From Salisapilia sapeloensis CBS 127946 (taxonomy: Eukaryota > Protista > Oomycota), in NCBI GenBank assembly GCA_023334545.1, contig JAADVB010000084.1, positions 1 through 64,000 of the forward strand: DNA of 64,000 nucleotides, given 5' to 3'. Below, one piece after another: positions 1 through 13,800 of the stretch (the stretch's first letter is position 1; every line of letters starts with the position of its first letter). The position numbers and the translations under genes were made by a program. A model generated the notes under the pieces. That model was given only the letters and a program-made list of their open reading frames with translations, ran no database searches and was not told the origin of the DNA.

Positions 1-860
1 AATATCGCTTACTTATTCCATCCACCACTGTACTGTGCCTGTTCCGAAAGAATAGCGAAGGGCTCACTAGCGCAAGTAAAGCGAAGAGCTCACCAAGTCT
101 TTCGCGCGCTTTTTCAAATGTGCACATTTCGAGCACCAGGCGTGGCTTGAAGTCTTCTCGAAGATGGTTTCCTCTTGGTTGCATCCAAGACCAAGGCAGG
201 GATATATTAAAAAGGTACGGCCGTGTTCGTTGAGAGGGTGATTATTATTTTGCGAGCCAAACGTGCAATATGAGAGTGAGGACGCGCGAATTGTAATCGG
301 TATTATGCCTCGATAATCCCTCTTTTCCTAGTCGACGAAAAGCTGAATTATATCGAAGGGTATATCGATCCAGGTCTAATTTGCTTGATAGGCGTGATCT
401 ATATGCTGCAATTTGCACACAACTTATGCTACAAAGAGAATGGCAATGGAAACCTCCATTTCAATAGAGGATGGGGCGTAAGAGGTGAGCTGGACGAAGA
501 ATATGAAGCCACATATCTATTGGCACCATTAGTCGCTTGCCTTTGTACTCCTATTATAGCGGAAAAGTTATATTGAAGTGTTACCTTGGGTTTCCACTGG
601 CAAGTAGTAAATCAAATCGGCTGTTCTGGGTGAACGCGGAATTGCTCGATTTGATTCTAAAGAATAGAATTACAAAATGCAGCACTCTAATACTGCTGAA
701 TAGATATTCAGTGCGCATACGGCCTGCCTATTTTACTAGAGTGGAAGTGTGTCGCTGGTCTAATACTGAACTATCTTGTCTCAATCAAGTAGAACTAGTT
801 TGTAACTGACAAGTTCCACAATTTCACCTTTGGAGAGCTATAGAACGTCATATAACTGTG
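1..860 (-). repeat. Dispersed decayed repeat, copy 1 (truncated by window start); relic coding frame on minus strand, possibly non-LTR retrotransposon ORF2 3' end
   Basis: nt 1-203 align at high identity to 28913-29115, nt ~500-760 to ~29135-29350, and nt ~165-625 to the reverse complement of ~63520-64000. Minus-strand relic reads ...LRYNSAFRRLGKEGLSRHNTD... and ...CLGLGCNQEETIFEKTSSHAWCSKC with several stops. TE class is inferred only. Confidence 0.8.
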
Positions 861-1395
861 TATCCAGATAATTTTATGTTCTGCGTACAACTCGACCAAA
901 TGGCTTTAGGAAAACCACCATCAATGAACAATGGTACCATCTTTGGATAAAGTCAAAAATACAATCATCCATCCATGCTACATGACTATTCTCCAAGCCC
1001 TGTTCGCAGGTCGACTTTCCTATCAGCTTTTCGCAGCTTGATTCACTCCTTCGTACGCTCTAGCTGCTCTCCTTTGAATACAAATAATATAAAATGATCA
1101 TAGAACTCTCTTTATAAGGTGGCTTACCATATCATGACGAACAAGTTAAAGTCAAAGGATCTATCAGATATCATGTCCTGCACTTAAGTCTTACATTTAT
1201 TTATTTTCATCCACTACTAATCGTTACCTCTAATGCAATCAACTCTTTTTTAAATTAGTTTGATGTAAAAGTATATTTTATTCATGCACAGCGAAATGAA
1301 TGGAAAGCATTCAACTTGCGCTTAGTGAAAGGTTGTAACGGATAGCCCAAATGCAGTCGTAGTTTCGAAATCTACAGGTGAACTTATATACGACG

Positions 1396-3742
1396 TCAGA
1401 GCGGCATCGCGCCCGACTGCAGCGCGCCAACGATTTCATGCATGGAAGGTCTCGACGCTCCGTCCTTCCTTAGACACGCAACCACGATCTCTTTCATCAA
1501 GTTTGAGCACTGGTCACTTAGGTGGAAGCCCGTTCGCTGCGCCGTCGGAGACGCCACTTGATGTCCACGGCCTCTCCGATCAACGTTTCGCTGCGGTGGT
1601 GCTCCCGTATCCACTTCCACGAGCACAACACCAAAGGCATAGACGTCCGATTTGTCCGTAGGCTGCTCTCCCCTCAGCACTTCCGGCGCCGCAAAGACGC
1701 TTCGGTCCTGGTCTAATGGAGACAGCTTGACGTAGTGGAATATGGCGAAGAGACTCAGTTTGGCCGAGAAGTCTCGATCCAACAGGACGTTCGACGCACT
1801 CAGTCGACCGTGGACGATCTGCTTGTCATGCAAAAAGCTGATGGCTTCCGCCAACTGCCTCGCAATGGCATGTTGCTTTGGCACACTCAACGCTACTCCT
1901 CGCTTCGTGCATTCTCTCAACGAAGCGTTCTCCACATACTCGACGACGGCACCGAGCTCAGAGCCTTCATTGTTCCACATGGCTCCCTTAAACGCTGCGA
2001 TCCGAGGGTGCTGGAGCTCTGCCATGAGCTCGATCTCAGTCACAAAGTCTCGCATGACCGACTTGCTCGCCGTATTGCTCTTAATCTTCTTCACCGCCAC
2101 GCGCTGGCCAAGATACTCGCCGACCCATAGCTCCGATCGGGAGCTCACGCGTAGCATCTTATCGAGCAACACGTCACTGTACGCGAGTCTCGTGAGACCA
2201 ATGTACCCGTCGGCGATTGAGTTTAAGAGCTCAAACTCAGACGTGTTGTGGCTCGAAGGAGATGGCGCAGACATTTCGACGTACGGCTGCTCGAGGACGT
2301 GCCCCATGCCGTAGGACATGCTCTGCGTCGTGACGTTCGTGAGCTTGGCAGGATCATGCGGACGTCTACGACGACACTTGCGGCAGCACCAGAGCAGCAG
2401 GAGGATGACGACGAGTAGGAAAAAGAAGCCACCGACGACGATGCCGACGATCTCGCCTGTGCTCAACCCGCTCTCGTCCTCTACATCTCCGACACCAGCA
2501 CTTTCAGAGCCAGATGCGTCGCTAGCGTCTGAAAAGTCCGGAGGGATTGTAATGTCCGTATCGTTCGCGTGGGCACAAAAGACAAAGCTGTCGTTCAGCT
2601 GGTCGATCGTCTTGTTACTCGGACAAGCTTCCGTCGTGGTCGTGCCATCGATCTCGAACGACCGTAGACCAGCGAGGAAGTCAAACTGGTCTTCTGAAAG
2701 GTCGGAAGCATTCACTGGATTCCCACGCATCGTCAGGTCCTGGAGTTTCGAAAGACCAAAGACGAACGACGGGATGCTTTTGAACGAATTGTTGTCTAAG
2801 TAGAGCTGTTGCAGCGTCGGCAAGCTATCTGAATCTCCTTCCAGCGCCGTCAAGTTGTTAAAAGTCAAGTTCCTAGTGCATACAGGCTAAGCCTTAAGAC
2901 AAAGACGATGGATGGATAGGAGCGTACATGGTCGAGAGCTGCCTATACGTCGTGTTCTTAAAGCTGTCACCTGCATCTTCAATATTATTGTAAGACAAGT
3001 CCCTATGGCATCAAGCGTGAGTATACGTATCCAACGTTTCGAAGCTATGATGAAGTAATATTGCTTACAATGTCATCAGCTCATCTGGTGTCAGGAACTG
3101 GGATGGAATCGACGATAATTCACAGCGGTTAATGTACCTGTTCATGTCCTTAGTACACGCTTACAACCAGTAGATATCTTAGAGCATACAATTTAGAGGT
3201 CGGCGTCAATGATAGTGCCGAGGCGACGTTTTTCAATTGGAGATTCGAAAAAGAGACCGAGTCCAGCGTCTCGCTTGCCTGTAGGTTGAAGGAAGACACG
3301 TCCAATGAATTATATGGGTCCTGATCGTCCCGTGCGCGCTCAAATGACCTGTGATATGCCTGTTTAATGCATGCCAGAACAGTGGTAACTTGGCAGAAAG
3401 GAGTACGTACACGTCGTGGATGTTCTTGTCGAGCTGGAGAAGGCCAAGGCGTTGGAAAGGAGCGATGCCGGCACTGTCATTCGAGTCAGCGGGGGAGAAT
3501 GCCCAGCGAGAAGTACTGTCCTCGAATGGCTCGAGGCAGAAGGCTGCTCGGCCATTATTGAGCGTCGCGCACTGTGTATTGTTCGTGCAGTCAATAGAGT
3601 TGCTAGAGGATGACCCGAGGATGACACAGGCACTATCGCCATTGCAGGCTCCGCTGCAGCTCGTCGTGAGTGTATTCAGAGCCATTTGCATCGGTGCAGC
3701 GTGTACCTGGACCGTGAGTAGGAGCAGGATAGCGATCCACAT
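1396..3742 (-). CDS. LRR receptor-like TKL-family kinase, probable pseudokinase (multi-exon)
   Basis: Signal peptide MWIAILLLLTVQVHA, Cys-rich N-terminus, LRRs (LQQLYLDNNSFKSIP, LQDLTMRGNP), TM helix (IVGIVVGGFFFLLVVILLLLWCC) and a kinase fold with VAVKK and APE. ORFs 3233-3742 and 1396-2868 join through short GT-AG introns. Confidence 0.9.
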
Positions 3743-4172
3743 CTTGGTTTGGATTCGATCGAATATGGCTTAATTGGCTATCGTGAATAGATGAGAAGGA
3801 AGGGGAGGCTGTCGTTCGGACAATCAAGGAGGAAATGAGAATGGGAGATCTGGTCATCGTGTGTTCGCGAGTTAATTGATCGAATCCATCACACGCGGAT
3901 TGGGTGAAATCCGTATTTGTGCAGTCACGATTGGCATAAAATGTAGTCACAAAGGAGAGATAGGCTTCGAAGGAAGTTTTGTTACGATGAAGCGAGCGAA
4001 GAATGTGCTAAGCATTAGACAAGTACGTGGACATCCACCAAAGCTCCTCGATGCCGTGAAAATGTACAACGGCGCAAATTAAAGTCAGGTCGAAGCGGTC
4101 GCGTCTCTACATGTATGTCACATTTTCATAGAATGCCACACATTTTCGACACCCTCTTCCAACACTTAAATC

Positions 4173-4755
4173 ATGAGCTCGATTTCGGCGAACCCGCAGC
4201 ACGTTATTGACACGGAGGACGCAGCGGACTTAAATCTCGGCGATGATTTTCGTAACGAGACGTGTCTGTCCAACGCCGAGGTCGCTGTCATCTTAGAAAA
4301 GCAAAAGTCAGACTATGAGAACCAGGAGAAGCAATTGACCAAGTACGATCGATAGAAAAACACATACTTTCCATTCCAATGATCTTAATTCCTACCTAGT
4401 GTCTTCCAGAAGACGTACTCGTACGTCCAGCGGTTCAGTGGCACCAAGGATCCAGTTGCGAACCAAGCTTCTGTTACAGAACTACGAGAGTACGTCCTCT
4501 CGCCTCCTACCATCGAACGTATCATAACATCCACATAGAGCTCTGATGGCCCTCGCCTTTCCACGTGAACAAGATGGAAACTCCGAGCCTTGCCGCCTAG
4601 AAGAGTTCGAGATCGCCTGTCTTTCGAACCTGAATCCAGAGGAAGTGGAAGAAGCCAATGCGCTCATTCCGAGTCTCAACAAACGCTTTAATGAAGAAGA
4701 GATCGAGGACATTCTGAACATCGTCTCCCGCACGGCTGCACGCATGTTCAGCTAG
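4173..4755 (+). CDS. RPB4: RNA polymerase II subunit RPB4 (3 exons)
   Basis: Spliced product: DAADLNLGDDF..CLSNAEVAVIL..VFQKTYSYVQRFS..LEEFEIACLSNLNPEEVEEANALIPSL..EEEIEDILNIV; two GT-AG introns of about 50-57 nt. Confidence 0.95.
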
Positions 4756-4823
4756 ACTGTTCGACCCAATAGCACCTACCTTTGTGACGAAACAGATTCT
4801 GTATTTGAAATTATAAAAATCCG

Positions 4824-6436
4824 CTAGTCCTGATAAGAAGAAAAGTTTTTCACGAGAGGCATGACCTGGTCGCCAGCGAACCGCCCGAGAGCTCCACGAG
4901 CAGCACTCAGTTCCGAAAAGCTCTGGACGCCATCCGTCAATACGCCACTGGTCATGGCAGATCCCTTGAGCTCCTCCGTCGCAGCGTTCGTGCGAGAGAT
5001 GGCGAACGGCACGGGCTCAAAGCTATGGTCTCCGTACCTTACAGGCGTCGTGTGGTCTCCCGTCACGACGATCGATACCTCCTTGTCGTCTAAATTCAGA
5101 CGCTTGGGCAGTTCCTCCAACACTTTCTTGACCATCTCGTCCGCCTTTTCAATGAAATGAATCTTCTGCTTCACGTCTTTATCATGTCCAGCGTCATCCA
5201 CTGCCTTGACATGGATGAACGCAAACGTCTCTTGTCCTGTTGATAGTCGATCGACCGCCGTTTCAGCCTTAGACAAGAGGTTCGTGTGGTAGTCACCTGT
5301 GGCACCAGGAGCTTGGACGAGCTCCATGCCGAGCGACATACCCAACCCGGCGATGATACACGTCGGAGCGATCATGAACGACTTCATGCCATGCACCTCT
5401 TCAAACGTCGGCACTCGAATGCGTTCACCAGGTCCACGCAGCAGCACGATGTTGGCTGGTGGCTGTCCTTCTTCCTCCCGTTTCTTATTGATCGGATGAC
5501 TCGATAACTTTTCATGAAACACATCCGACACTTTGTTGAGGACCTAGATACACATCGTATAAGTGGATTAGATCGCATCGTATCGACGAAACAAAAGTAC
5601 TTTGCTAGAATAATCTGCTTCCGACGAATCGTCCATCGGGACAGATGTCTGGAGAGGAAGGCTACGATGCACAACGTCAGTTACACTGTATGACGGTAGA
5701 AGAGGTAGCGTACTTGTCCTTAAGAGGATCTGTGCCAGTCATTTTATCACATAAGCCAGCGCCTTTGAAGACGATGCCGAGACGATGCTCCGTCGCGTAC
5801 TTTGTCTCGATACGGACATTTGGGAAACCAGGAATGGGCATGTCGTTTAGATAAGAGCACAGGTCGATACCCCACGCAGGAAAGTTTCGATCCACTCGTC
5901 TCCTCACCACTACCTTCTCTCCGTCTGCGTTCTAAATGACAACATAGGTAGTCTAGGTCCGACCCAAGAGGATGATACGATCGAATACCTCTTGAAGCGT
6001 GGCAAAGTTGCACTTGAAGGCAACATCACCTTGGTCCATGGACAGGCCTGTACCCATGGCCTCAAAAGAACCTCGTCCGCGATAATTCCTAGTGCTATAG
6101 ATTACATGGTATCCTACGATGCGATCGACTAGAGATGATACACGAAGGGGTTGTAGCCAAGGATAGACATGTGCGCCGTGTCACTGCCGCATGCGTACCC
6201 TGGTGCGACAGGATCCATCAATCCATTCAAGCCGCCACCTAGATCGATCCGAGAAAAATTCATCATGTCAGAACGCATCCTGACGCAAGAAAGAGAGAGG
6301 ATATACGAGCAATAGCGTCCATGGCAGGCGTGGAAGCTGCTTCCAATGTTGTACGGCCATCGAGCTCTTGTAGTGACACGTCGGCTAATCCGTCAATAAG
6401 CACAAAGACGACAAGAGGCTGCTTCGTACTCGTCAT
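4824..6436 (-). CDS. Cofactor-independent phosphoglycerate mutase, archaeal-type (ApgM-like), multi-exon
   Basis: N-terminus FVLIDGLAD..TPAMDAIA, GSDTAHMSILGYNP, GATGDYHTN, FIHVKAVDDAGH, VVTGDHTTP..GDHSFEPVP: alkaline-phosphatase-superfamily metal motifs of the ApgM family. Confidence 0.9.
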
Positions 6437-6605
6437 CTCGGTCGACTATGCTGATCGAAAGTATGAAGATGCCAAATTCGCATTACGATCTGCGATACGT
6501 AATTCATCCTATCGTAACGAGCCAGATCTTGTAAAACGTACGAATAATCCACATCTGGATACTCACATCACGACACATCTACTTATCACTTACGAATAAG
6601 ACAAC

Positions 6606-7733
6606 ATGGAGATCAGTCGACGCCCGCAGACACCGCAGGGACGGCCGCGTATGCCGCCGCCACCGTCGCCTTCGATCAAATCTACAACGGTGTCTGCATC
6701 ACCGGCAGTCCGGCAGAATGAAGCACAACGACCAAAGGTCCAGCCACCGAAACAGACCCAAGCGTCGCAAGGACAGACGCAGACGGACGAAGTCTTGCTC
6801 GAGCATACGTGGGGCGTGCATTTCGTTTCACAGCTTTATCGTTTCCATCGAGAACAGCTAGGTAATTACGCCCACGACCTTGTCAAGTTCCTGCGTGCGG
6901 CTGCAGTCCAAGCGACTCGTGGACAAGAGTACGGGTACTCTGTCAGCGTCCGGACGACCAACCAGTTTATCGTCTTTCAAATCCAAGAAGACCGTCGAGG
7001 CGACGGCACGAAGACCAAATCCGGCTTTGTATTGCACCAGCAAGCTATCGATGGCGCCTCGTCCTCTCAACTCCAGCGACGCAGCTCTGCCTCTTCCATG
7101 TCCTCTTCTAGCAATGGCACACAGAATGCTCGTAAGCGATCTGCCTCTCGTCAGCGAGAACATCAGTACGTAGTGCTTTTGCGTGGTTCGAACCAGGTCT
7201 TGGCCTGGACTTGTTCATGGCTCCAGCAGCGTTTCCAATGTATCGTCGGTCGGACGCCTGCACGCTTTGGCAAGCAGCATGTCCGGAAGCTCGCGGCAGA
7301 ATGCATCATCGACGTTGTTTCGGCACAAGCCAAGTCAAAGAAACCGAACGACGTGGACATTGACGACAAAGGCGTCAAGGCCCCTTTATTACTTAAATTC
7401 AGAAATAACGCTGCAAGCGCTACCTTGCGAACGTATACGCTGACCGTGCCGTGGAATACAGTCATCCGTCTGTACAAGAAGCAACTCAAGTCATCGAAAC
7501 TCCTAGCGCCAGACATTGTAACGCATATTGAATCCGAGTACTTCCCGTCGCTCCCGATGGACCTGTCCCAATTCCATCTTTCCAGCTTTGAATTGCAGGA
7601 AGTTGCAGCCGATGACATTGGCCACTTGGAGCTATACAAGATGCAGATCGTACCACATATGCTAAATCACTTGACAAGTATCGGAAGTCTCTTGCAGCAA
7701 GACCAAGTCGCCAAGCCACAACTTACGCTGTAG
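6606..7733 (+). CDS. CENP-L/Fta1-like inner kinetochore protein (tentative)
   Basis: Single 375-aa ORF. HTWGVHFVSQLYRF, LLRGSNQVLAWTCSWLQQRFQCIV, YTLTVPWNTVIRLY and MDLSQFHLSSF recall, in order, blocks of CENP-L as remembered from the human protein. Recognised by eye, no HMM. Confidence 0.55.
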   Translation: MEISRRPQTPQGRPRMPPPPSPSIKSTTVSASPAVRQNEAQRPKVQPPKQTQASQGQTQTDEVLLEHTWGVHFVSQLYRFHREQLGNYAHDLVKFLRAAAVQATRGQEYGYSVSVRTTNQFIVFQIQEDRRGDGTKTKSGFVLHQQAIDGASSSQLQRRSSASSMSSSSNGTQNARKRSASRQREHQYVVLLRGSNQVLAWTCSWLQQRFQCIVGRTPARFGKQHVRKLAAECIIDVVSAQAKSKKPNDVDIDDKGVKAPLLLKFRNNAASATLRTYTLTVPWNTVIRLYKKQLKSSKLLAPDIVTHIESEYFPSLPMDLSQFHLSSFELQEVAADDIGHLELYKMQIVPHMLNHLTSIGSLLQQDQVAKPQLTL

Positions 7734-7885
7734 ACGCTTTTGTCATCTTCGCTCTGTACCATCGTGTACGCAGACCACTCGTATCGACATATCATTCGAT
7801 CCAGTACTTTGATCCCACCTCTTCCAACTATGAGGACTTTAGTTAATGAAATCATAAAAAGAAATTCCCATTTACACGCTTGTAT

Positions 7886-10800
7886 TTAATGCTGATATCG
7901 ACTCAAATCAATCTTCCGAGGCGTATTAGTCGCTGACGTACCAGGACTCAAGCTCGAAGCCTTTTGCTTGCCATCGCTTAACGCTCGACGTAAAGCAGAC
8001 TCGAGCATGCTTCGAGACTGAGACTGCATGGCTCCCACAGCTTCTTTAAACGCACTTGGTTGTGTCTGAGCATATTGTAGCAGCGATCTCGACACTAGAA
8101 GCGAGAGCTGAGTATGCACATGCTTATCTGCAGATGCTTCCAACACATGCGCCAGCTTCGGAAGCACTAGACAGACAGACGCTGGACTGTAGCTGTCATC
8201 TAGTTGAGACATCAGTAGCCTCAGAAGCTGCTCTGCTTCGTCGACTTCAGATAGATCAGTCGGGAGGACACCACCATGCTCAATGATGTTCATAACCGGA
8301 CCACCTACTTGCCCAAAGTACCTACGAGCGTTCATGACGTCACCGGCTTGCACCAGCTTCTGGGTTACGCCTCGAACTCCACGAACGATATGAGCGACCA
8401 CGGGTGCCACTTTAGCGTCATGATCCTCGTGCAACTTCGTCAGCATCGTACCTACTAGCTGAGCCACTGTTGCGTGGAAACTAGCGACGTCCTCGTGCAC
8501 ACTCTCTGGAAACTGCACGACGTAGCTACCAATCACTCGTAACGCAAAGTCGACACCAGCCACTGTCTTGTGTTCACGAGCTCTCACCAGCTCTTCCTGC
8601 AGCCATTGCACGAGCAAGATAAAGCTGCGTCGGATCTTCGACTGCACGTCCACCTGGAAAGTGGAAGCTTCCTCAGAACAGGCGAACGTTGCGAGCGTCT
8701 GGACAGCTGCGCGAGTGAGCGTCACGCCAACTTCATGCAGCTCCGTCCGATGAGCTAGACCATGGTACGCTGGCTCCACTACGCCAAGGGCCAGAGTGAC
8801 ATAGTGACGTGCGACCTTCGTTTGATGCAAGGCGATGATACCTCGTGTCGCTAGAGTTAGCACTTCCTCCAAGTTTTCATCCTCATGACTAGTTTTCTCT
8901 CCTACTACTTGCATTCTTGTCCTGACAACTTCCAGTGGACAGATCGCTGCTTTACCAATCATAGAAGCCAAACTCTTACTCGTCGGTAGTTCATGGACGA
9001 CAGGAAGGTAAAGCACATTCATCAGAGCTGACAAAGCAGCGTTCTGCATCCGACCTTTACGCTGGAGAGCTGTAGTAGAGAGTATATGTAAAGCATGCTC
9101 GAATAAACCATACTCTGTCCTATCAACTAGGGTAGAAAGGAAAAGAGGAATGGACTCTAAGAGATCGACTACGCTTTCTTCCGACCGGTGCGTGCTGTGG
9201 CTGCTTAGATACAGCAGAGCAGTCGAGACAAGTAGCTTCAGCTCATCTTTGTGTAAAGACACTAACTGTGCGTCTGGGAAACACTGGGGCAACGTGGCTA
9301 GTGCGAGGCACATTTCAGGCCAGAAGCGATCGTACAGTGCCCGCAACTGTTTCACTAGACCTAGATCGTCTCCAGTATGTTTCGAGAGATTTGGTACAAC
9401 GACCTTCAGGACAGGTGATTTGCTAAGTACCTGGACATGATCTATCGACGGTTGTTCTAACGCAGGCCAAGCGTCACTACTTCCCTGCATGATAAAGCCA
9501 CACACTCGAGTCACATCGAGCCAGCAGCTAATGATAGTATCTAAAGAAGCTGAGAGAGATGAAGTCACAGCCTTCAAGAGAGTAGACGGGCGCATGCTTT
9601 CACTTCCAGGCCCAGATTCCTGAGCCAGTCCGTTGCTATCGATCACGAGACGAGCGAGGCAGGACAAGTGCGCCAAGACAAGCTCCGTTCGCTGCACTTC
9701 TCCACCAGCAAACTCCGCCTGGCCGTATGCTTCCGACACGACCATGCGTAGAATCCGCTGGATCGCGACCTTGTCTTCCGCGATACGGAGCTGAATGCAC
9801 CGACCACTGATGTCATAAGCTTCCATCGCAAGCTCCGCGTGGAACGGTGCAGCCGACTTATTGTCAGCACCACCACTCACCTCCTTCACAGCATGTCGTA
9901 CAGCTGAGGAGATCTGAGCACGATATGGCTCCAGCAAGTAGCTCTCGCCACTTGAAACCTCCGGGTCTCTCGCGTCCTTAAATTGCGTCACGACAACATT
10001 CAAAAGCTCTAGTCCAGTGGATTGGAACATGAGGAGTTCACTCGCATCGCTAGATGTAGTCGTCGCTTGACATGCGAGTGTCACAAACTCATCTAGATAC
10101 ATGCAAATAAAATTGTCTTGCGGCGTCAACGCCTCCTTTCCTCTCGACACTTCTCTCGACAAACCCGGTTTAAACGAACTATCTTCTCCACATCGCATCG
10201 AGAAACGACTACGTGCTTTCAACATATCAAAATGAGCTTCGGCATCACGCTTACAACCATCGACGAGAAGCTTGAACACGCGCAAGACACAGACGAGTGC
10301 AAAGTGACGTGCTTGACGACAGAGTGGAGGAAGGAACGTCGTGAGCTTGGCCACTGCCTTCTTCGTCTCTCGCCACACGTCCATCTGCGCTGTAATCGCA
10401 GATGCTGATGGTGATCTCACCTCTCGAGAATGCGTAGAAGGTGGTAGCGGCATCTCGAGAGATGAAGCTTCATCTACATCCGACCACGCGTCATCTGCGT
10501 TATAGTTCGTAGCGCCACTTGGACTCGACATAAGCTCTACGTCTACTTCACTACCAGGCATCTCTGACGTCGCGCCAATAGCGATACTTCGACAGAAGAG
10601 CGCCCAGTGACAAGGTCGAGCCGTCGGCTGGTACCCTCCATCGACATCCAACATACTCCAGATCGTGGAGCAGATAGCATCCACAACACTTTGAGACTTG
10701 TCAGCGAGACTGGAAAAGGATAGGGAGTCGGCCATGCCATGCAGCGTCGGCATGTATTTCCACGTGAGGTTCGTGTACTCTGCATGGAGAGCATGGAAGA

Positions 10801-13800
10801 GTAGACATTGAATACGGAATTGATGGATTAACGACGGCTTGCGTTCCGTCAAAGATCGAATACATGCCATCGCTCGATATTGGAGCATGCTACGAGCCGA
10901 ACCGGACATGGATAGCAACGGTGATTTTGTCACATGCGTTCCGATCGTATCGAACGTATCGCCTGCATCTTCTGTCGCAGGGCATAGGATATCCGCAGCA
11001 TCTGAAACGATATGGAAGATATAGAACAAGTCATGAAGACGGAACTTGGTCGGTGCATACACGACCACTTGTTCTAAGAAGGCAAGGTACTCGCGTTCGA
11101 CGCGTATGTCGCCGTCTTGACGCAACGTTCCCCACATGACATGCAGTTTATTCAATCTGTCTTTCGAGTCCACGACATCCGGTCCGAGCGTCGAGACGAT
11201 GCTGTTAATGACTTGACTAAGCGCGACTTTTGATCCAACATCCCACTTGGGACGATTGAGACCTTTGGATGACTCAAACCCAGCCAAGATTTGAGTCTCC
11301 AGCAGCGCCATGGACGAGTTCACATACTGCGTCTGATCTGTTCCTGAGAGAGCGATCGAATCTAGCACAATGCTCCACGAATGCAGCATCCACGTACGTA
11401 GCGGATACGCTACTTCGGCACCAAAGCGGTACATGAGTCCAGTGTCGATAGTCACTTTCGTCCCACAGCGTCGCTTGATACATGCCACGGCAAACAACGT
11501 ACCTGCTAGCTGGATAGATGTGTCCGAGGCAGAAGATGATGTTGTCACAGATGGCAGTCTTTCGTTCGCGAGCTTCTTCTCCAGTTCTTGTATCAACGCA
11601 CGCCTGTTGTCATCGCGAAGGAGCTCTGCCAAACGTCCTAATGCCTCTCCAGCTCCACGTCGGACAGTCGGATTGTCACTCATGACCATCTCCCACAGCA
11701 TGCTCTGCACCTGCATGGACCATGATGGTGCTGCTTCTGTCTCAGACGGAATAGACGCTTCCTGTAGTGCTGCCATCAACAACGAGCAGACGTTCACGTC
11801 ACAATGACTACGCGACTCGCCTAGGACGTTCGAGTAGTGCTGAAGACAGCGAAGCTGCAGATCTTCCGGCAGTAAATGGAATAAACGACCAAAGAGCAAG
11901 ACACTCGCGTCGACTAAACGCGTGTGGGCGAGACTGCTGCATGGGTAATAGTCATACACATCTTCTTCTTTTCGTTCACATACGGATGCATAAAAGACAT
12001 CCAAGTACTGCGTCTCCATCTCTGTATCGGTTAAAGTATTCTCTGGCTGTAGTAAGAACAAAATATGATTTAACTCTTTCGAATACAAAGCACTCGGACC
12101 ATCTCCTGCTTCCAAATGAGCCACTGATGATACGTCTAGGACGTCATCGGCGTTCGTAAGCGCGTGAGAAAGGAACGTCGTGTCTACAGGGGCCACTGGT
12201 GACTGCGTTAGATTCGTCAGCGACTGACCAGTCGTGAACTCTGCTACAAGATCCACAAGTGTAATGAAAGAATCCTTGTAGACGGATGGGAGCAGGGTAA
12301 AGCATCTTAAGATCCACGTCAAAAGACGATATCTCGCAGTCTGTCCTCTCCGCTTCGTCGGATGACTCAATTGGTCTTGTAAAGCCATCACGAACGTATG
12401 CAGAATATGCCCAGACAACATATAAAACCCATCCGTACTACCAGCTACATCTTTGGCGCAAGTGAGAAAGTTATACAGAGCATGAAGCTGTCCTTCCATA
12501 CGCAGAATCTCAAGCGAAGACTCGCGCGTTTGCAAGACACTCGCTTTCAGCCACAAGGACATAAGAGAACTCATCTTGGACTGCACCCAAAAGTCATCTT
12601 TCACGGCGGACAAAGCGCCAATAAGAGTCCATCCGGCTCGAGTACATGTGAGCCAGACACTGTCCGAAAAGTTCTCCGCGAATTGGCTTTCCACGAGCTG
12701 AATCGCATGCGTGAGTACTTGATCTAGAACTGAATGCGAAATATCCGAGTCCGCTCGCAATCGAATCGCACGAAGCAAGTGTGCGATGGCAGAAGCGACA
12801 CCTTGGATGCCATATAAAAGAGATTTGCTACCAGTAGTACTACTTTCGTCCAATGATTCTTCTAGACTATCACCGATGGTATCCTCAACTTGCGAGTGAT
12901 TACTCAGTAGCGTCGACGTCGTTTCACTCAATCGATCGACGCAATAGGTCAGGACGGTCTTTAGTTGATACGGCAACGCCGTCACGAGCGATGCGAGGGC
13001 CACTGCTGCTTGGAAACGTACTCCTTGCTTCTCATGCGACAGGAAGCGTTGCAACAGCTCAATACTCTGACCGACGCTGTCTGCGCTGCTCTCACCTAGT
13101 GCCTGGTACATGTGACTCACTTCCACAAGCAGCGTCAGGATCTTGTGATGATTACAGAAAGATGCATCAGCTATCGACTCGGCCTGGAGTTTCTCCAAGT
13201 ACACACCAAGGAGCTCTGTCTGCTGTCGTTCGATCAAGGTGCTATTCAGTCCATAGCGAAGAACAAAACAAACGGAATTTCTAGCTCGCGTTAAATCGCC
13301 CAGACCAAACGGATAGTCGAGAATTGCAAGCAATGCGTCGACAATCTCTCGCAATTGCGTCCCACCGATCGAGTCTGGCGGAAGACGCTCGAGCATACTA
13401 CACAATGCGATCGAATAGGACGCGAGGATACCTCCATGGCTTTGCGTAGGTACAGTACTAACCGTCAAGAACTTGGACTCGATCATCTCTTTTAGGTACA
13501 ACACGATGCTAGCGATCGTGGAGAAATTGACGGCTGCAGCTTTCCGTCGAGACATGCCGAGCAGTTGGACACTCGGGAGCTTGAAGCCGAGCTTGGACTT
13601 GCTAAAGGCTGTTGGGGCAGCCACAGGGGCTGGTACAGTCGCACTGGACGAATCGGGCTCGACAGGTGGCTGCGACGCATCGGTCGAATCGTCTTCATCA
13701 CTTCCGATGCCGCCAGAGTTGGGTGCACTCGATATCTCATTCCCGTGACTTGTAGGTTCATGCACGACCGCAGTGCCTGAAGCGAATTGTGCCAAGACGA

